A program made the translations under genes and the position numbers. The notes beneath the pieces were generated by a model that ran no database searches, was not told where the DNA came from, and saw only the letters and a program-made list of their open reading frames with translations. This document shows positions 17,246-28,520 of a stretch of 64,000 bases of DNA, in pieces; the first letter of the stretch is position 1; each line of letters begins with the position of its first letter. The DNA is from a virus (taxonomy: Duplodnaviria; Heunggongvirae; Uroviricota; Caudoviricetes): IMG/VR virus record IMGVR_UViG_3300027977_000006; one strand, written 5' to 3'.

Positions 17246-19381
17246 TTAAAAATCCATACTTAACTCAAGCATTATTGTATTTCCTGGAAGCAACGTCACT
17301 GGTTTACTTAATTTACCAATACAAACAAGGTTTTGTAAATTATCATAAATACCAACTTCTGTAACTCTAATATTAGGTGGATTGGTAGCTGGGTCTGTGC
17401 TTCTAGTTGGATTTGATGTCAAGTTAAACAAGCTTGTATTAACTCTGATATCAAAAATTGTTTTATATATTGTGGCACCAATATATGTTTCTAAATTACC
17501 ATAGAAAAATCTTTCATCACCAAACTGTAAATAACTTGGTTGATTGGTTTGTGGTAAGTTTAACAAAGGTACTAAATTAAATGTGGTTGCTGATGCAGCT
17601 TTTAAAGAATCCAAAACAAATCCAGTTGTTGCTGGTGACTGGTTTTCTAATAATTTAGGGTCGATTGTCTTTCCAGTGTTTACTGTTATAGCATTGCTAG
17701 TAAAATCATATGCCTTCCATGCAGCTGGGTCTGGTCTTTGTGTAGAACCAGAAACAACTTGGTATAATAATTTGAAGTTTGTTGCATAAAAACCTAACCC
17801 ATCATAACCAACATTTTCAATCTTACGCATGTAAGGTAATAAATCAGTACCATTTATTCTAAATGCAACATCTTTGGCCGTTGATGTAACGTTATCAACT
17901 TTAACATAGTTTTGACAAGGCAAACTTGATGTTATTCCGCTAACACCAGATACTTCCAAAGAATATGTTAAATACATTGTTTGGTTTGAGTTCAAAACAC
18001 CTGTTGATGTTCCACCAGAAGGTGATTGTAATGTTGCCGCCAATTCTGGTAACGTCCAGTTTCTGTTGGATTTGTAAGACATAGCCGCAACAATTTCATC
18101 ATCGTCAATTACAATCATTTTCAATTGTGGAAATACTTTACCAACAACTAAAGGTGTCGTGTTTGCTGTTGATATAAAAGACGGGTCTTCAATCAAGTCA
18201 ATATATTCAATATCGCTGGTTCCAATTTTTTGAGTTGCCCCAGTGGCTATAAAATCCATTCCCATTGATGTACCACTAGCGGTTGAATAGCCATCTCTGT
18301 GATACATTAAATTAGGTATATGTAGTTTTATATATTTGTTGTTTGTTGCGTCAACATAGAAAAACTCACCATATAAGTTTGATATAGCGTTGTTAGTATA
18401 ATGTATAATTGATATAGATTTTGAAACATCATCAAAATAACTTACTCCTGGGTCGTTACACTTAATTTGTGTTTCGCTAGTTCCAGTAGATACGCAAAGA
18501 TATTCAAAATATGGGTTTTTGGTACCCAAGTATGGGTATGAACCAAAATATGTATAATCTTCATATGTGCCACCAGACATACCAGCTAAGTTTTCACACC
18601 ACACATTATTCATGTTCCAAACTGGAACATCATGACATGTCACATTTACTGATGAATTAAATGATAAAGTACCAGTATCCCAGTAAGCTGTTGTTGTACC
18701 TGTTGATATTGTGTTATAAATCTCACCACCTCTATAAATCAAAACTTGTGAAGATTGTGAATCACCAGAAAGGTTTGGTAGATTTCTATCCAATGTAGCT
18801 GTAGTTCCAGTCAAACCTTGAACCTTATACCATAGATTTGGCGTGGCTATTGTTGTTTCGTCAGCTGAAATAGGGCCGACAATTGAATTGGTCAATTTAA
18901 GTAATATTATATCACCAACACTAACAACTGGCGAACCACTCAATGTTAATGTACTAGTACCAGACAATGTAGCATTTGCTACTGGTTGATAATATGGTGT
19001 TAAAGTTGTTGACAAGTCAGTTGTAAAACCAGTAATATTATTTGTAAAAAACCCTCTTTCAGCTGCCTCATTGTTAACAATCGCCTTTACAACATTCATG
19101 TTTGAAGCGTTAATTGCTTGATAATTTGAGGTTGAGGTGCTGGTTGTAATAAAGCTTTTTATGTTTGGTTGTCTGTCAACTGGTCTTAAGACTTTACTAC
19201 TAGCTGATAGTGTTACATTTGTTGGATTAGCGTCTACTATCGCTTCTCTATCGTAATTTATTTCAGAATCGCCAATAGCCCAAAAACTAAAATTTAATTG
19301 GCCTAGAGAAAGTTGTTCTCTTCCTTTTTCAGTTAATTTAATGCTCACAAATGGATTCGTACTGGTTATAATGTAGCTCAT
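17246..19381 (-). CDS. Virion protein, paralog of 16030..17232
   Basis: IKLTEKGREQL..WAIGDSE and RVTEVGIYDNLQNLVCIGK match the neighbour's terminal motifs. Confidence 0.6.
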   Translation of the reverse strand: MSYIITSTNPFVSIKLTEKGREQLSLGQLNFSFWAIGDSEINYDREAIVDANPTNVTLSASSKVLRPVDRQPNIKSFITTSTSTSNYQAINASNMNVVKAIVNNEAAERGFFTNNITGFTTDLSTTLTPYYQPVANATLSGTSTLTLSGSPVVSVGDIILLKLTNSIVGPISADETTIATPNLWYKVQGLTGTTATLDRNLPNLSGDSQSSQVLIYRGGEIYNTISTGTTTAYWDTGTLSFNSSVNVTCHDVPVWNMNNVWCENLAGMSGGTYEDYTYFGSYPYLGTKNPYFEYLCVSTGTSETQIKCNDPGVSYFDDVSKSISIIHYTNNAISNLYGEFFYVDATNNKYIKLHIPNLMYHRDGYSTASGTSMGMDFIATGATQKIGTSDIEYIDLIEDPSFISTANTTPLVVGKVFPQLKMIVIDDDEIVAAMSYKSNRNWTLPELAATLQSPSGGTSTGVLNSNQTMYLTYSLEVSGVSGITSSLPCQNYVKVDNVTSTAKDVAFRINGTDLLPYMRKIENVGYDGLGFYATNFKLLYQVVSGSTQRPDPAAWKAYDFTSNAITVNTGKTIDPKLLENQSPATTGFVLDSLKAASATTFNLVPLLNLPQTNQPSYLQFGDERFFYGNLETYIGATIYKTIFDIRVNTSLFNLTSNPTRSTDPATNPPNIRVTEVGIYDNLQNLVCIGKLSKPVTLLPGNTIMLELSMDF

Positions 19382-19443
19382 ATGTTATAAATATCTTTGT
19401 TTTTACCTTTATTTTAGTTATAAATATTCAATAGTCAATAATA

Positions 19444-20880
19444 TTAGTATGAATTTATGGAATTAGTTTGAACGATTACTGGTATAGTTTCGCTATATGC
19501 TGTGTCTGTAATAATGTTACCGCAAAAAGTCTCATAATTCTTTTCATTTTTTACCCTGTAGTAAAAAGTCGTACCAACTGTTCCGCTAGCTATAAAGCTA
19601 TCAAAATACAACGCAATACCAGTTACATATGGTTGTGAACTGCTACTATAAAGTGTTGTAAATGAATTTCCAGTACTAACCTCCAATGTAAATGTACCAT
19701 TAGATTTTTGTGGTGCATTAGCTATTTGCCAAGATACACCTGGATTATTTGTAAATAATCCATTCACGGCTGATACCAACGGAAAATAAACAATAGTTAT
19801 TAAATCACCAACCAATAAATCACCTTCTAATATAATTCTTTTTGGGTTTGAAATTGATTGATAATAATCAATATTATTCGCCAATGTCGCCCCATTAATC
19901 ATAACTAATATTGAACCACCAGTGGCTGGTGATACGCTAGTGTATATTTCATATTTATTTGTTGTTATGTTATAGTAAGCGGTATTTGAACCTTCATTTC
20001 CAGATGTTCCACTAACTACTGCTGATGAAATATTAATATTATCACCAATAAGATTATTCCCACCGCTAGTTGTATAAATTATGGTAACAATATCACCTTT
20101 AACCAAGCTTGAATTCATGGTTACAACGTTTCCAGTATATGTGTAATCATAAGTTGGCGCCAAAACCAAACCATTAAGCGTTACTATAAAAAACCCTTCA
20201 TATAAGAAAGAAATAACAAATGTTGTTTGCCCTTCTTCTGGTAATATAACTTGTTGAAATAATTGGTTGGCTGGGGCTAAATTGCTGCTATTGTATAGCA
20301 ATGTTGGTACATCGGCTCCTTTAAATGCTATAAAATAATAATCTGTGTTAGAATCATATAAGCCATATTCATTGCCGTTTTTATATTGCGCTGTGTCTAT
20401 GTTTTTACCTAATTGACCTAGGTATTCTGTAGATGCACTAAAATTGTAGTATCCTTTTACAAGATAATCACCATCCAAAGACAATGAACTAACAGATATA
20501 TTTTGTGAGAGTATTTTATTTATACCACTTGAAACCAAATTAGAATAATCAAAGTTTTCTGACTTAAATACTGGTGGTTGTGTAAATATGTTCGCATTAT
20601 TGTTATATTTGTATATTTCGTATTTAAACGTAGCACTATTAGCAGTAAAAGAATTAGTATTAGCCGTAAATATAAATTCAAAAGGAATTTCAGTTTCTGT
20701 AGTTATAACATACGTATTCCCTGTGGTAACACCAGAACAATCAATTTTTGAAGCGCCACTTAATGTAAACAAAGGAGCTTCAAATATGCTAATATCAGAA
20801 CTCATGTTTACATTTACAAAGTCTTTGTTTCTGACAGCACTATGTTGATTTTGAATATATATTAGTTCTTGGTACCTCAT
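19444..20880 (-). CDS. Beta-rich virion structural protein
   Basis: Two repeats of V.(L/I)NG..LA...DY.....GD.(V/I)TI.Y; position in the tail block. Confidence 0.55.
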   Translation of the reverse strand: MRYQELIYIQNQHSAVRNKDFVNVNMSSDISIFEAPLFTLSGASKIDCSGVTTGNTYVITTETEIPFEFIFTANTNSFTANSATFKYEIYKYNNNANIFTQPPVFKSENFDYSNLVSSGINKILSQNISVSSLSLDGDYLVKGYYNFSASTEYLGQLGKNIDTAQYKNGNEYGLYDSNTDYYFIAFKGADVPTLLYNSSNLAPANQLFQQVILPEEGQTTFVISFLYEGFFIVTLNGLVLAPTYDYTYTGNVVTMNSSLVKGDIVTIIYTTSGGNNLIGDNINISSAVVSGTSGNEGSNTAYYNITTNKYEIYTSVSPATGGSILVMINGATLANNIDYYQSISNPKRIILEGDLLVGDLITIVYFPLVSAVNGLFTNNPGVSWQIANAPQKSNGTFTLEVSTGNSFTTLYSSSSQPYVTGIALYFDSFIASGTVGTTFYYRVKNEKNYETFCGNIITDTAYSETIPVIVQTNSINSY

Positions 20881-21122
20881 TAGTAATCTATATTTAATGT
20901 TCTTACTGGTAAGTTTCTGTTATTTTTTAAACCAAACAAAAGTGGTTTTGTTAAGGCAGATGTTTGCTCAGCTCTCGTTAGATTTTGCAAATATGCCACA
21001 AGACCATATACATTTATATAGTCTTCTTGCTGAAGCTCAGCTGAAATAGATTTTAGATACACAACATTTCCAGTTGTGTTATCATAAAAATTACCTTGTA
21101 TGTTTTTGATTAATTGTGGCAT
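20880..21122 (-). CDS. Small hypothetical protein
   Basis: 80 aa ORF coupled to the downstream gene. Confidence 0.6.
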   Translation of the reverse strand: MPQLIKNIQGNFYDNTTGNVVYLKSISAELQQEDYINVYGLVAYLQNLTRAEQTSALTKPLLFGLKNNRNLPVRTLNIDY

Positions 21123-21267
21123 ATTATTTAAATTATGATAAGTCTACCCAAATGGTTTAACTAACATTTTTTTGAAATTTATTAGTTGGTGTGTTATAAA
21201 CAATCATATCATTTGGTCGTCTTTTAGTTTCATACTCTTATTTTATGTATAAATATCATTTGTTAGG

Positions 21268-24200
21268 TTAAGTAATTACGACTTCTTTTCTTATGTTACA
21301 ACAATTTCCATCACTAACAGTTAAATAATATTTGCCAATTGATGGGAAGGTTGTTGTTTGACCAGTTGCGCCATTGCTCCAATCATAATATATTGGTGCG
21401 GTTCCGTTCACAACATTAGCCGTAGCTGTTAACCCTTGTGTTGTTATTGTAACACCTAATGAACAATCAACAATGACCGTACCTTGTACTGTACAGCTAG
21501 TAGGTGTTACGCTTATTGTACTAACACCGCCAATAAATTCTGAACCATGGTTCATTTGCGCCAAACAAAGACTACCACATGATGAAAGTTGTGGTTTCAC
21601 AACTCTTATCGGTGTTTGTCCAGATAGTGATATATTTTGTGTTATTACCTCAACTGTTTGACATTGGCCAGACGTTCCATTTATAGGACTTAATACTGTG
21701 TCGCCACTAAATACGTTTCCGCATAATAATGATGTATATGATTTATATTTAAACTTTTGTTGGTCAAATATTGTGTTTGTATAAACCTTTATACTACCCC
21801 ATATAGTTGTTGCTGGTATTACTTGTTCTATTATATCAACCCAATAATTACCAACCAAGTTAGCAAATTTGTCCATGGTATAATAATCAAATGCTGAACT
21901 TTGGGCTGCACAATATGTTGTACTTTCTATGTACCTATCATATAAAGCTCTTAATGTTGGGTAAGCAGAAATTGTTTGCCTATTCTTAGCATCAATTAAT
22001 TCAGATAATACATGATATTGGAAATCTTCTAATACTGTTACAGCTGATAATGGTTGTGTTAAAAGAGCATTAAAATCCAATAAATCACCACATGTTGTGC
22101 CTGTATAATAACAAGACGTAGCTGATGATGGTATTGTTGTTTGAATACTACAAGATGGTGACCCATCACATGTGTTAAATGCAAAACCATCTGGGCAAGT
22201 AAATGTTGTGTAGGTTGAACCAGTTTTACCGCTAGTTGTAAAAATAATATATGGTTCTAGTTGAGAAATTGTGGTAAGACCGCTTAATATTGATACTGGC
22301 ACATTATAAACTTCCGCACCAAAACCAGCTGGGTTTGGTGATGGATAAGCACCAGTGTTATCGTTAGCACCCTCTAATTCAATAATATTTGTACCACCGC
22401 TAAGAGTTATTGGAAAAACATTCCAAGTTCTATAGTTTAAATTTGGGTTATTGTTTGATGGACTAACGTCTATTATTGTTATTCCATTTAATTTAGCTTT
22501 TATATAGTTATCACCAGATATACCAATACAATATTCAGCGGTTGCTGGCGCATCAAAACAAAATGAAAACCCAATAAAGGTATCTGCCGATATTGTAGTT
22601 CCTGTGGTTGCCCAAATACCTATATTGTTTAGTCTACCTCTATTGTAAGGTAAAGTTGTACCACTACCCCATAAATTATTTAATACTGTTGCTTCAACTG
22701 TTAATGTTGAACCAGTACCATTATCTTCCGCAAATACTGGCAAAGCAAATGAAGCACCAGTTATTGAAATGGGGAATATTTTATTAGTTATGTTTTCATG
22801 AAAAATTGCACCATTTGAATTCCAATTTAGGTCTGGCCCAGCTGTTTCAGCAGTAAATGTTATACCAACCCCTGTTGCAGGTACGTTTGTAAATCCAATA
22901 CATTGTGTTCCATCTAGTGATAAAGTATACCCAGATGGGCATGATTTTGGTATAGTTTGACCTTCACAAATAAATTCACAAGTTGTTTGACCAGTCAATA
23001 AACACGGATTGTCAACAATGTAACACCAAACATCAGTTTCAATGGCTGCTGCAATGTTTATATCCAAATCAATTTCTTTGGTGTTTATAATTAAACGTTC
23101 GTTATCTATGTCGTAATTTGTTTGACGAATTGGGTATAGACCATTAGCGTTGAATACTCTAAAGTCTCTATTAACTGGTGTTGTATTTGCCAACCATGAT
23201 TTTTTATTGTCAATAATCTTTTCTAATTTAAATCCTAGACACTCTGTCACAAATATATTTGTGTTTGATGTTGTAGAACAGTTTTTGTTCAACTTTATAT
23301 TATCCATCAAAATGCAAATATCACCACACGTATGATTTAATTTTAGATTTATTTTGATTTTTTGATTTGTTATGGCTGATAAAACAACTGGGTCGGTAAT
23401 ATCTGTGTTAAACGAAAGCCAATCAGAGTTAAAAGAATCTGTTGGTAGGCTGTCTGTAAATATTGTTATATCATCAGATGTGTTTTGTAAACCAGATTGA
23501 TTAAAAAGTGCTTGCGTTAAGTTCTCAGCAACCGCATCACATGTTGTTGTATTTTCACCAATAAATTGACCAGTATTTAAATACATTGGTTGACAATCAG
23601 AACCGCCACAAACGTAAAAACCGCTTGGTGACCTTTCTGTTAAGTAATTGTATAAGTTACCAGCGCCTATTGCTGGGAAAAGCGTATTATCCTCATATAC
23701 TACAACATATGTTCCACCACTATAAACACTAAGAGTCATTGAAACATCTAACGTTTCAAACATATCAATAGGGTCACCGCATTTTACAACTTGTGTTTCT
23801 TGTGTGGCGGTTAAAGTAGCCAACTGAGAATAAAGTGTTTGTAAGACATTATTACAATCAATTTGTTGTTGTAAAGAATTTGCTAAATTAACCTCTAATT
23901 GTGTTCTCGTACCAAATGGTATTGTACAAGTTGATAGTAATGGTTGGCCACCAGTTGCGACAGCTGTTTGTGATTGTTCGTATAATTGACTTACCTCATC
24001 ACATCCATATGATGTTGGGTCACCGTTGATAAAATTTTCATAGTTAACCGCCCCCAATATTGTCGCCCAAGCAGATAATCCATCTGGTTCTGAAATACAA
24101 AAAGTTTGATTATTAACATGTCCAATATTTGGTGTTATTGGTTGTATAACTTGGGGACCTCTTGTTGGTTCACTTGTTGTATTACCAAAAGCCGTACTAC

Positions 24201-24789
24201 CCATAATTTGATTAGAAGAATTAGGTAAAGCAACATTTGATTGCGATATTGGTATAGAACAAAAAATAGAATACGGTGTTTGTTTTATTCCATCAGTCAA
24301 GAAATTTATTGTGTTCTGTATCGCACTACATTCTGTTTCTTGATTTTGAATTTCTCCTTGAAGGTTTATGATTTGTATTAAAACATCTGGGTCATACGTA
24401 GGTTCTGTCGAATTTTGTGATTCAAGTAAAAATTTATTAAGTGTTTCACACTTAATCTTAAATAAATAATCAAATTCAACATTAAGCTGACACGATTCGT
24501 TAGAACCAACATTGAATATCACACTAGAGTTACCAACAGGGTTTAATTCTATGTTAAATGAATTTTCAATACTACATTTTGATTTTGCAGACCATAAACA
24601 TTTTTGATTATTTGCATCAAAAGTATAACCTAAAACTTCGCAACAATAGCTTGTTAAAAAAACTGGTGCCAAAACATTCTGTGTGTTTCTTACAAATATA
24701 GACACAGAACCATCTTGGTTCTCAACTAACGAACCGTTAGTAGATAAGTATTGTTTTGTATAACAACTAGTTTGTTTTCCTGTTGGCAT
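21268..24789 (-). CDS. Large Cys-rich baseplate/tail protein with C-terminal SprB-like repeat
   Basis: IIEQVIPATT wedge-like motif; CPSGY..C modules; C-terminal NGTAPIYYDWSNG..YYLTVSDGNCC. Confidence 0.55.
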   Translation of the reverse strand: MPTGKQTSCYTKQYLSTNGSLVENQDGSVSIFVRNTQNVLAPVFLTSYCCEVLGYTFDANNQKCLWSAKSKCSIENSFNIELNPVGNSSVIFNVGSNESCQLNVEFDYLFKIKCETLNKFLLESQNSTEPTYDPDVLIQIINLQGEIQNQETECSAIQNTINFLTDGIKQTPYSIFCSIPISQSNVALPNSSNQIMGSTAFGNTTSEPTRGPQVIQPITPNIGHVNNQTFCISEPDGLSAWATILGAVNYENFINGDPTSYGCDEVSQLYEQSQTAVATGGQPLLSTCTIPFGTRTQLEVNLANSLQQQIDCNNVLQTLYSQLATLTATQETQVVKCGDPIDMFETLDVSMTLSVYSGGTYVVVYEDNTLFPAIGAGNLYNYLTERSPSGFYVCGGSDCQPMYLNTGQFIGENTTTCDAVAENLTQALFNQSGLQNTSDDITIFTDSLPTDSFNSDWLSFNTDITDPVVLSAITNQKIKINLKLNHTCGDICILMDNIKLNKNCSTTSNTNIFVTECLGFKLEKIIDNKKSWLANTTPVNRDFRVFNANGLYPIRQTNYDIDNERLIINTKEIDLDINIAAAIETDVWCYIVDNPCLLTGQTTCEFICEGQTIPKSCPSGYTLSLDGTQCIGFTNVPATGVGITFTAETAGPDLNWNSNGAIFHENITNKIFPISITGASFALPVFAEDNGTGSTLTVEATVLNNLWGSGTTLPYNRGRLNNIGIWATTGTTISADTFIGFSFCFDAPATAEYCIGISGDNYIKAKLNGITIIDVSPSNNNPNLNYRTWNVFPITLSGGTNIIELEGANDNTGAYPSPNPAGFGAEVYNVPVSILSGLTTISQLEPYIIFTTSGKTGSTYTTFTCPDGFAFNTCDGSPSCSIQTTIPSSATSCYYTGTTCGDLLDFNALLTQPLSAVTVLEDFQYHVLSELIDAKNRQTISAYPTLRALYDRYIESTTYCAAQSSAFDYYTMDKFANLVGNYWVDIIEQVIPATTIWGSIKVYTNTIFDQQKFKYKSYTSLLCGNVFSGDTVLSPINGTSGQCQTVEVITQNISLSGQTPIRVVKPQLSSCGSLCLAQMNHGSEFIGGVSTISVTPTSCTVQGTVIVDCSLGVTITTQGLTATANVVNGTAPIYYDWSNGATGQTTTFPSIGKYYLTVSDGNCCNIRKEVVIT

Positions 24790-24826
24790 TATTGTTTTTA
24801 TTTAGAGATAAATATTCATTTTATTA

Positions 24827-27541
24827 TTATGGGGTGTAAAAACAATCTATTTTTCTTGGATAAAAATTATTAGTAACCCCATTTGCTTTATTATTATAGA
24901 AAGCATATATTGTTCCATTTTGACCATTTGCTATGTCAACCATACCAAATTGTGTTAATTGACATGCTACACCAACTTGTCCAGTAAATGGGTCGGTTAT
25001 ATTTGGAACGGGAGTTGTAAGTGTTTGACCAGCCGCATTTTTTTTAATACAATTACATTTATCTGGCATAACAACATGATTACTTCCATCCAAATCTTTA
25101 AATAATAGATAATTAGATTGTTGAGCTTGTTGAGCTAATACTGGAAGGGTTACATAGTTTGTTTGAACCATCCATTTACAAGTAACAAAACAACCACATC
25201 TTTCAAATGACGAAGATGGTGTTTGGTTTGCTTTACAACAAATATAACCTTTATTTTCAACCACACCTTTGTTTATTTCACTGTAAGGAAATGGGTTACC
25301 ACCAACTTTTTTACAACAATCTATTGACGTAAATTTAGAATCCAAACCAACTCGTGAATTATTTACTTGGTAAACACTACCATTTGGTAGATATTGTTCA
25401 TACGAAAATGAAAGTAACCCAAGAGATGTTAAAGATGGTTCCTTTACAAATTTAGGACAATTTTGTTTTTTTGGTTCCGTTTCACTCACACAAAGGCTTA
25501 ATACATTATCTATTTGACCAGTATCACAACCACATTCATTCAATATTGGTGATGGATTAGGGTCTACGATAATAGATGGTTTGAAGACAATACAATTATC
25601 CAAAGTACTACCATCTACATTTGTCATGTTTACCGATGTGACGGTTGTTGCTGTCGTAACACCGCTATTAAAACTACCGAAATCGTAATTACTATACAGA
25701 TTTGTTGTGTCGGTTGTTGTTGTAACTGAACTAACCGTAACAGCGCTAAATCTAGGTATCAAACAAGTAAATTGGTCAAGATACCTAGACCCACCGTCAT
25801 ATGGCCCAACGTGTGGGTTGTTGCCGCCCAATATATCTATTGTTGCACCTGTTCCGCCAGTTTCTCTATACCATAAACCATAATTTTGAAAATACATGTC
25901 TGGTGTATCTGCTAATGGTCTTGGATAACCTTCAGAATCAATTGGATATATTGATAAATCATCATTATTTAACCCATTTAAAAGCAATACAGCATTAAAT
26001 AACTCAACATCAATTGGTCCATCTGCTTTGTAAATGTATTCGTTGAATTGAATCAAACCTTTTGGTGACCCAATAAATCTTAATAAAAATTCAATTGATT
26101 TTCTTGCACCTTTTGATTTCCATATCCACGGACTATTTAGAATTATTCTTCTCCAAAGTTCAACATCAGCTTCAACTGGTGTCAAGCCAACGCTTTGACC
26201 AGAATAGGTTGATTGTGGTGTAGACACATAACTAGTTAATAAGTCATTGTCAAATACTGCCGATACTAATTCCCACCCTAAAACATTTGCTAAATTTTTA
26301 AGGTAAATGTCTGGCGTGTTATCTTTTTTATCGTAACTTACCGTATTTGCAAAACTAATACCTATTATGTATCTATTTAACTCATCATATTCTCTACCAT
26401 ATATTTGTAACGTTTTGTTTATCTTTTGACCTGTATCATCTTCTTCGTCTGCTGATAAACGAACTGGTGCTGTGTCGAAAGATGTAATTGATTCAGAAAC
26501 CAAAAACCTATTCATTAGGTTGCTTGATGACAAATCATTTACATCACAAATCTCTAATAATTTTGTTGCATAATCAAAATAATCACTACTTTTAAAATCA
26601 ATATTGTAACCATCACTTACTGGCCATGTTGCAGAATTTGTAACATAAACAATAACACCAACGTCTGATTTTACAGGATAGGTAAAGCTAGCGGTATATA
26701 TTGGTGTTACATCACGACTTAACAAATAATACTCTAAATCAGGTAATTCATTGAAGAATTTATCTACTAAAACGTTTTTAGGTTTTATATGATATGTCGC
26801 AGCTAAATCTGGTGTTGCAGCTGAAAATGGGTCGCCTTTTACTTTAAAATAAGCATAATCATTAGAAGTATATGTTGACGCAGTATATTCTAATATTTCA
26901 TATTCTTGATTATTATATGCAATTGCATATGAGTTGTAGTTAACCGTAAAATTTCTTAAGTCATTTGCTTCATTAAAAGTATTAAGAATTGAACCATTTG
27001 TTGTATAAACAATTCCGAAATTATTATTTACAAATGATGTGTTTATTCTAAATGTTGATGTTTCATATAAATCATCATAAATATAATTTTGTACTGTATT
27101 ACCAGTTACTGGAACACCTAAAGCACCAGTTGTTAGTGGTGTCAAATACAAAGAAGCTGGCCACTTTAAAATTATATCCTCCAAAGAAACTCTCATAAGT
27201 TCTCTAAGGGAACCAAACAAAGCATAATAATCTAATTTTGATTTATCTAAATTTAAGATTGGTCTAGCATTGTCATCTAACAATACAGCGGCTTGTTCTA
27301 CCGTTACATTTAAACTTGATAGGGTGACAAAATTAGAAAAGTTTGATGTTGTAAAAAACTTTGTTAGTTTAGGGTCTAAGTTTGTTGTAACAGCAAAGTT
27401 ACCCATTGTGAACAATGGGGTGTTGCCATCACTAGCAAGCTGTACACCAACTAAGTCAGGTGTAAAGTTTCTATACTCGATACCATCAGTATAAACAACT
27501 TTTTGAGCATATCCAACTACTTTTATTCTGTCATTAGCCAT
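24827..27541 (-). CDS. Baseplate wedge-like protein (P2 gpI/T4 gp7-like core) with Cys-rich tail
   Basis: LANVLGW..WRRIILNSPWIWKSKGARKSIEFLLRFIG. Confidence 0.6.
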   Translation of the reverse strand: MANDRIKVVGYAQKVVYTDGIEYRNFTPDLVGVQLASDGNTPLFTMGNFAVTTNLDPKLTKFFTTSNFSNFVTLSSLNVTVEQAAVLLDDNARPILNLDKSKLDYYALFGSLRELMRVSLEDIILKWPASLYLTPLTTGALGVPVTGNTVQNYIYDDLYETSTFRINTSFVNNNFGIVYTTNGSILNTFNEANDLRNFTVNYNSYAIAYNNQEYEILEYTASTYTSNDYAYFKVKGDPFSAATPDLAATYHIKPKNVLVDKFFNELPDLEYYLLSRDVTPIYTASFTYPVKSDVGVIVYVTNSATWPVSDGYNIDFKSSDYFDYATKLLEICDVNDLSSSNLMNRFLVSESITSFDTAPVRLSADEEDDTGQKINKTLQIYGREYDELNRYIIGISFANTVSYDKKDNTPDIYLKNLANVLGWELVSAVFDNDLLTSYVSTPQSTYSGQSVGLTPVEADVELWRRIILNSPWIWKSKGARKSIEFLLRFIGSPKGLIQFNEYIYKADGPIDVELFNAVLLLNGLNNDDLSIYPIDSEGYPRPLADTPDMYFQNYGLWYRETGGTGATIDILGGNNPHVGPYDGGSRYLDQFTCLIPRFSAVTVSSVTTTTDTTNLYSNYDFGSFNSGVTTATTVTSVNMTNVDGSTLDNCIVFKPSIIVDPNPSPILNECGCDTGQIDNVLSLCVSETEPKKQNCPKFVKEPSLTSLGLLSFSYEQYLPNGSVYQVNNSRVGLDSKFTSIDCCKKVGGNPFPYSEINKGVVENKGYICCKANQTPSSSFERCGCFVTCKWMVQTNYVTLPVLAQQAQQSNYLLFKDLDGSNHVVMPDKCNCIKKNAAGQTLTTPVPNITDPFTGQVGVACQLTQFGMVDIANGQNGTIYAFYNNKANGVTNNFYPRKIDCFYTP

Positions 27542-27547
27542 TTTCTA

Positions 27548-28471
27548 TTATACTGTTGTTACTGTTGTAAAGTTTTTAGTAAAATCAATAGTTGTTCTTT
27601 GTTGTCTAACTTCAAACAATGGTTTACCAGTAAACCTATCTTTTATTTCATACAAATCATACTGTTTGTAAATCTGATTATTGAAGTTGTAGATAGTATA
27701 AATACCATCTTCGATAGATTTTGTTTGATTTCCGAACAAAGCAAAGGCCAATGTTTCAATATCTTGTTCAACCATTTCAATTTCAATCATCAAAGGATTG
27801 AAAAATGTATTTGTTATGATAACTTGTTGGTTTGGTTGACCAATATAAGGTAACGCATTTGGTTTTACATTAGATGCTGATGATGGTGAAACAGTGCAAA
27901 ATGTTAAAGTTGAATTGTCATTAAACCTATATCTAATAGCTTTTTGATTGCTATTGGTTAAGTTTTGATTTACTGGTTCAGCTCTGTTATTTGATGTAAT
28001 TACCCTAAAAAAGTTATTTATTTTAGCATCAGGACCACTAGTATTGGTACTCAAATACTCAACTCTGTACCCAACCAAACCATTATTTTCGAATCTAGTC
28101 AAAAATTGTTGTGGAATAGCCGCCAAATCAAACAATAAACCTTGTATGTCTGGAAATGCAGACAATACACCAATGTCAACTATTTTGGTTCTTATTTCTA
28201 TTGGTTTTATTATAATTGAATAAAACCCTTTTATACCAAATAAATTTGCTGGTAATTTTAATGTATACATTCCACCAAATATTTCAAAACCAGTCACATT
28301 CGACTGAGTTTTGTTTGGATTATCCAGCGGTATTAAAACATCAGCTGGGTTTAACTTTTGTAATGTAGTGTTACCAATTTGGTCTCTAGATGGTGAATAA
28401 TGATAGAAAATCTCAACGTCATCTGGTCTGATGTCTGCTGGTCTAACTATTCCATAAGTTCCTGTTGCCAT
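27548..28471 (-). CDS. Putative virion structural protein
   Basis: 307 aa ORF inside the tail block. Confidence 0.55.
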   Translation of the reverse strand: MATGTYGIVRPADIRPDDVEIFYHYSPSRDQIGNTTLQKLNPADVLIPLDNPNKTQSNVTGFEIFGGMYTLKLPANLFGIKGFYSIIIKPIEIRTKIVDIGVLSAFPDIQGLLFDLAAIPQQFLTRFENNGLVGYRVEYLSTNTSGPDAKINNFFRVITSNNRAEPVNQNLTNSNQKAIRYRFNDNSTLTFCTVSPSSASNVKPNALPYIGQPNQQVIITNTFFNPLMIEIEMVEQDIETLAFALFGNQTKSIEDGIYTIYNFNNQIYKQYDLYEIKDRFTGKPLFEVRQQRTTIDFTKNFTTVTTV

Positions 28472-28520
28472 TTTATTCTTTTTTTTTTATAATATAACTA
28501 TGATTTTTTCAAAGTGTATT

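Noticed and set aside
21123-21267. Possible small ORF or structured RNA in the 145-nt gap
   Set aside because: Only very short frames and a 7-bp complementarity (CCAAATG/CATTTGG); best read as a leader after the TATTTATA motif
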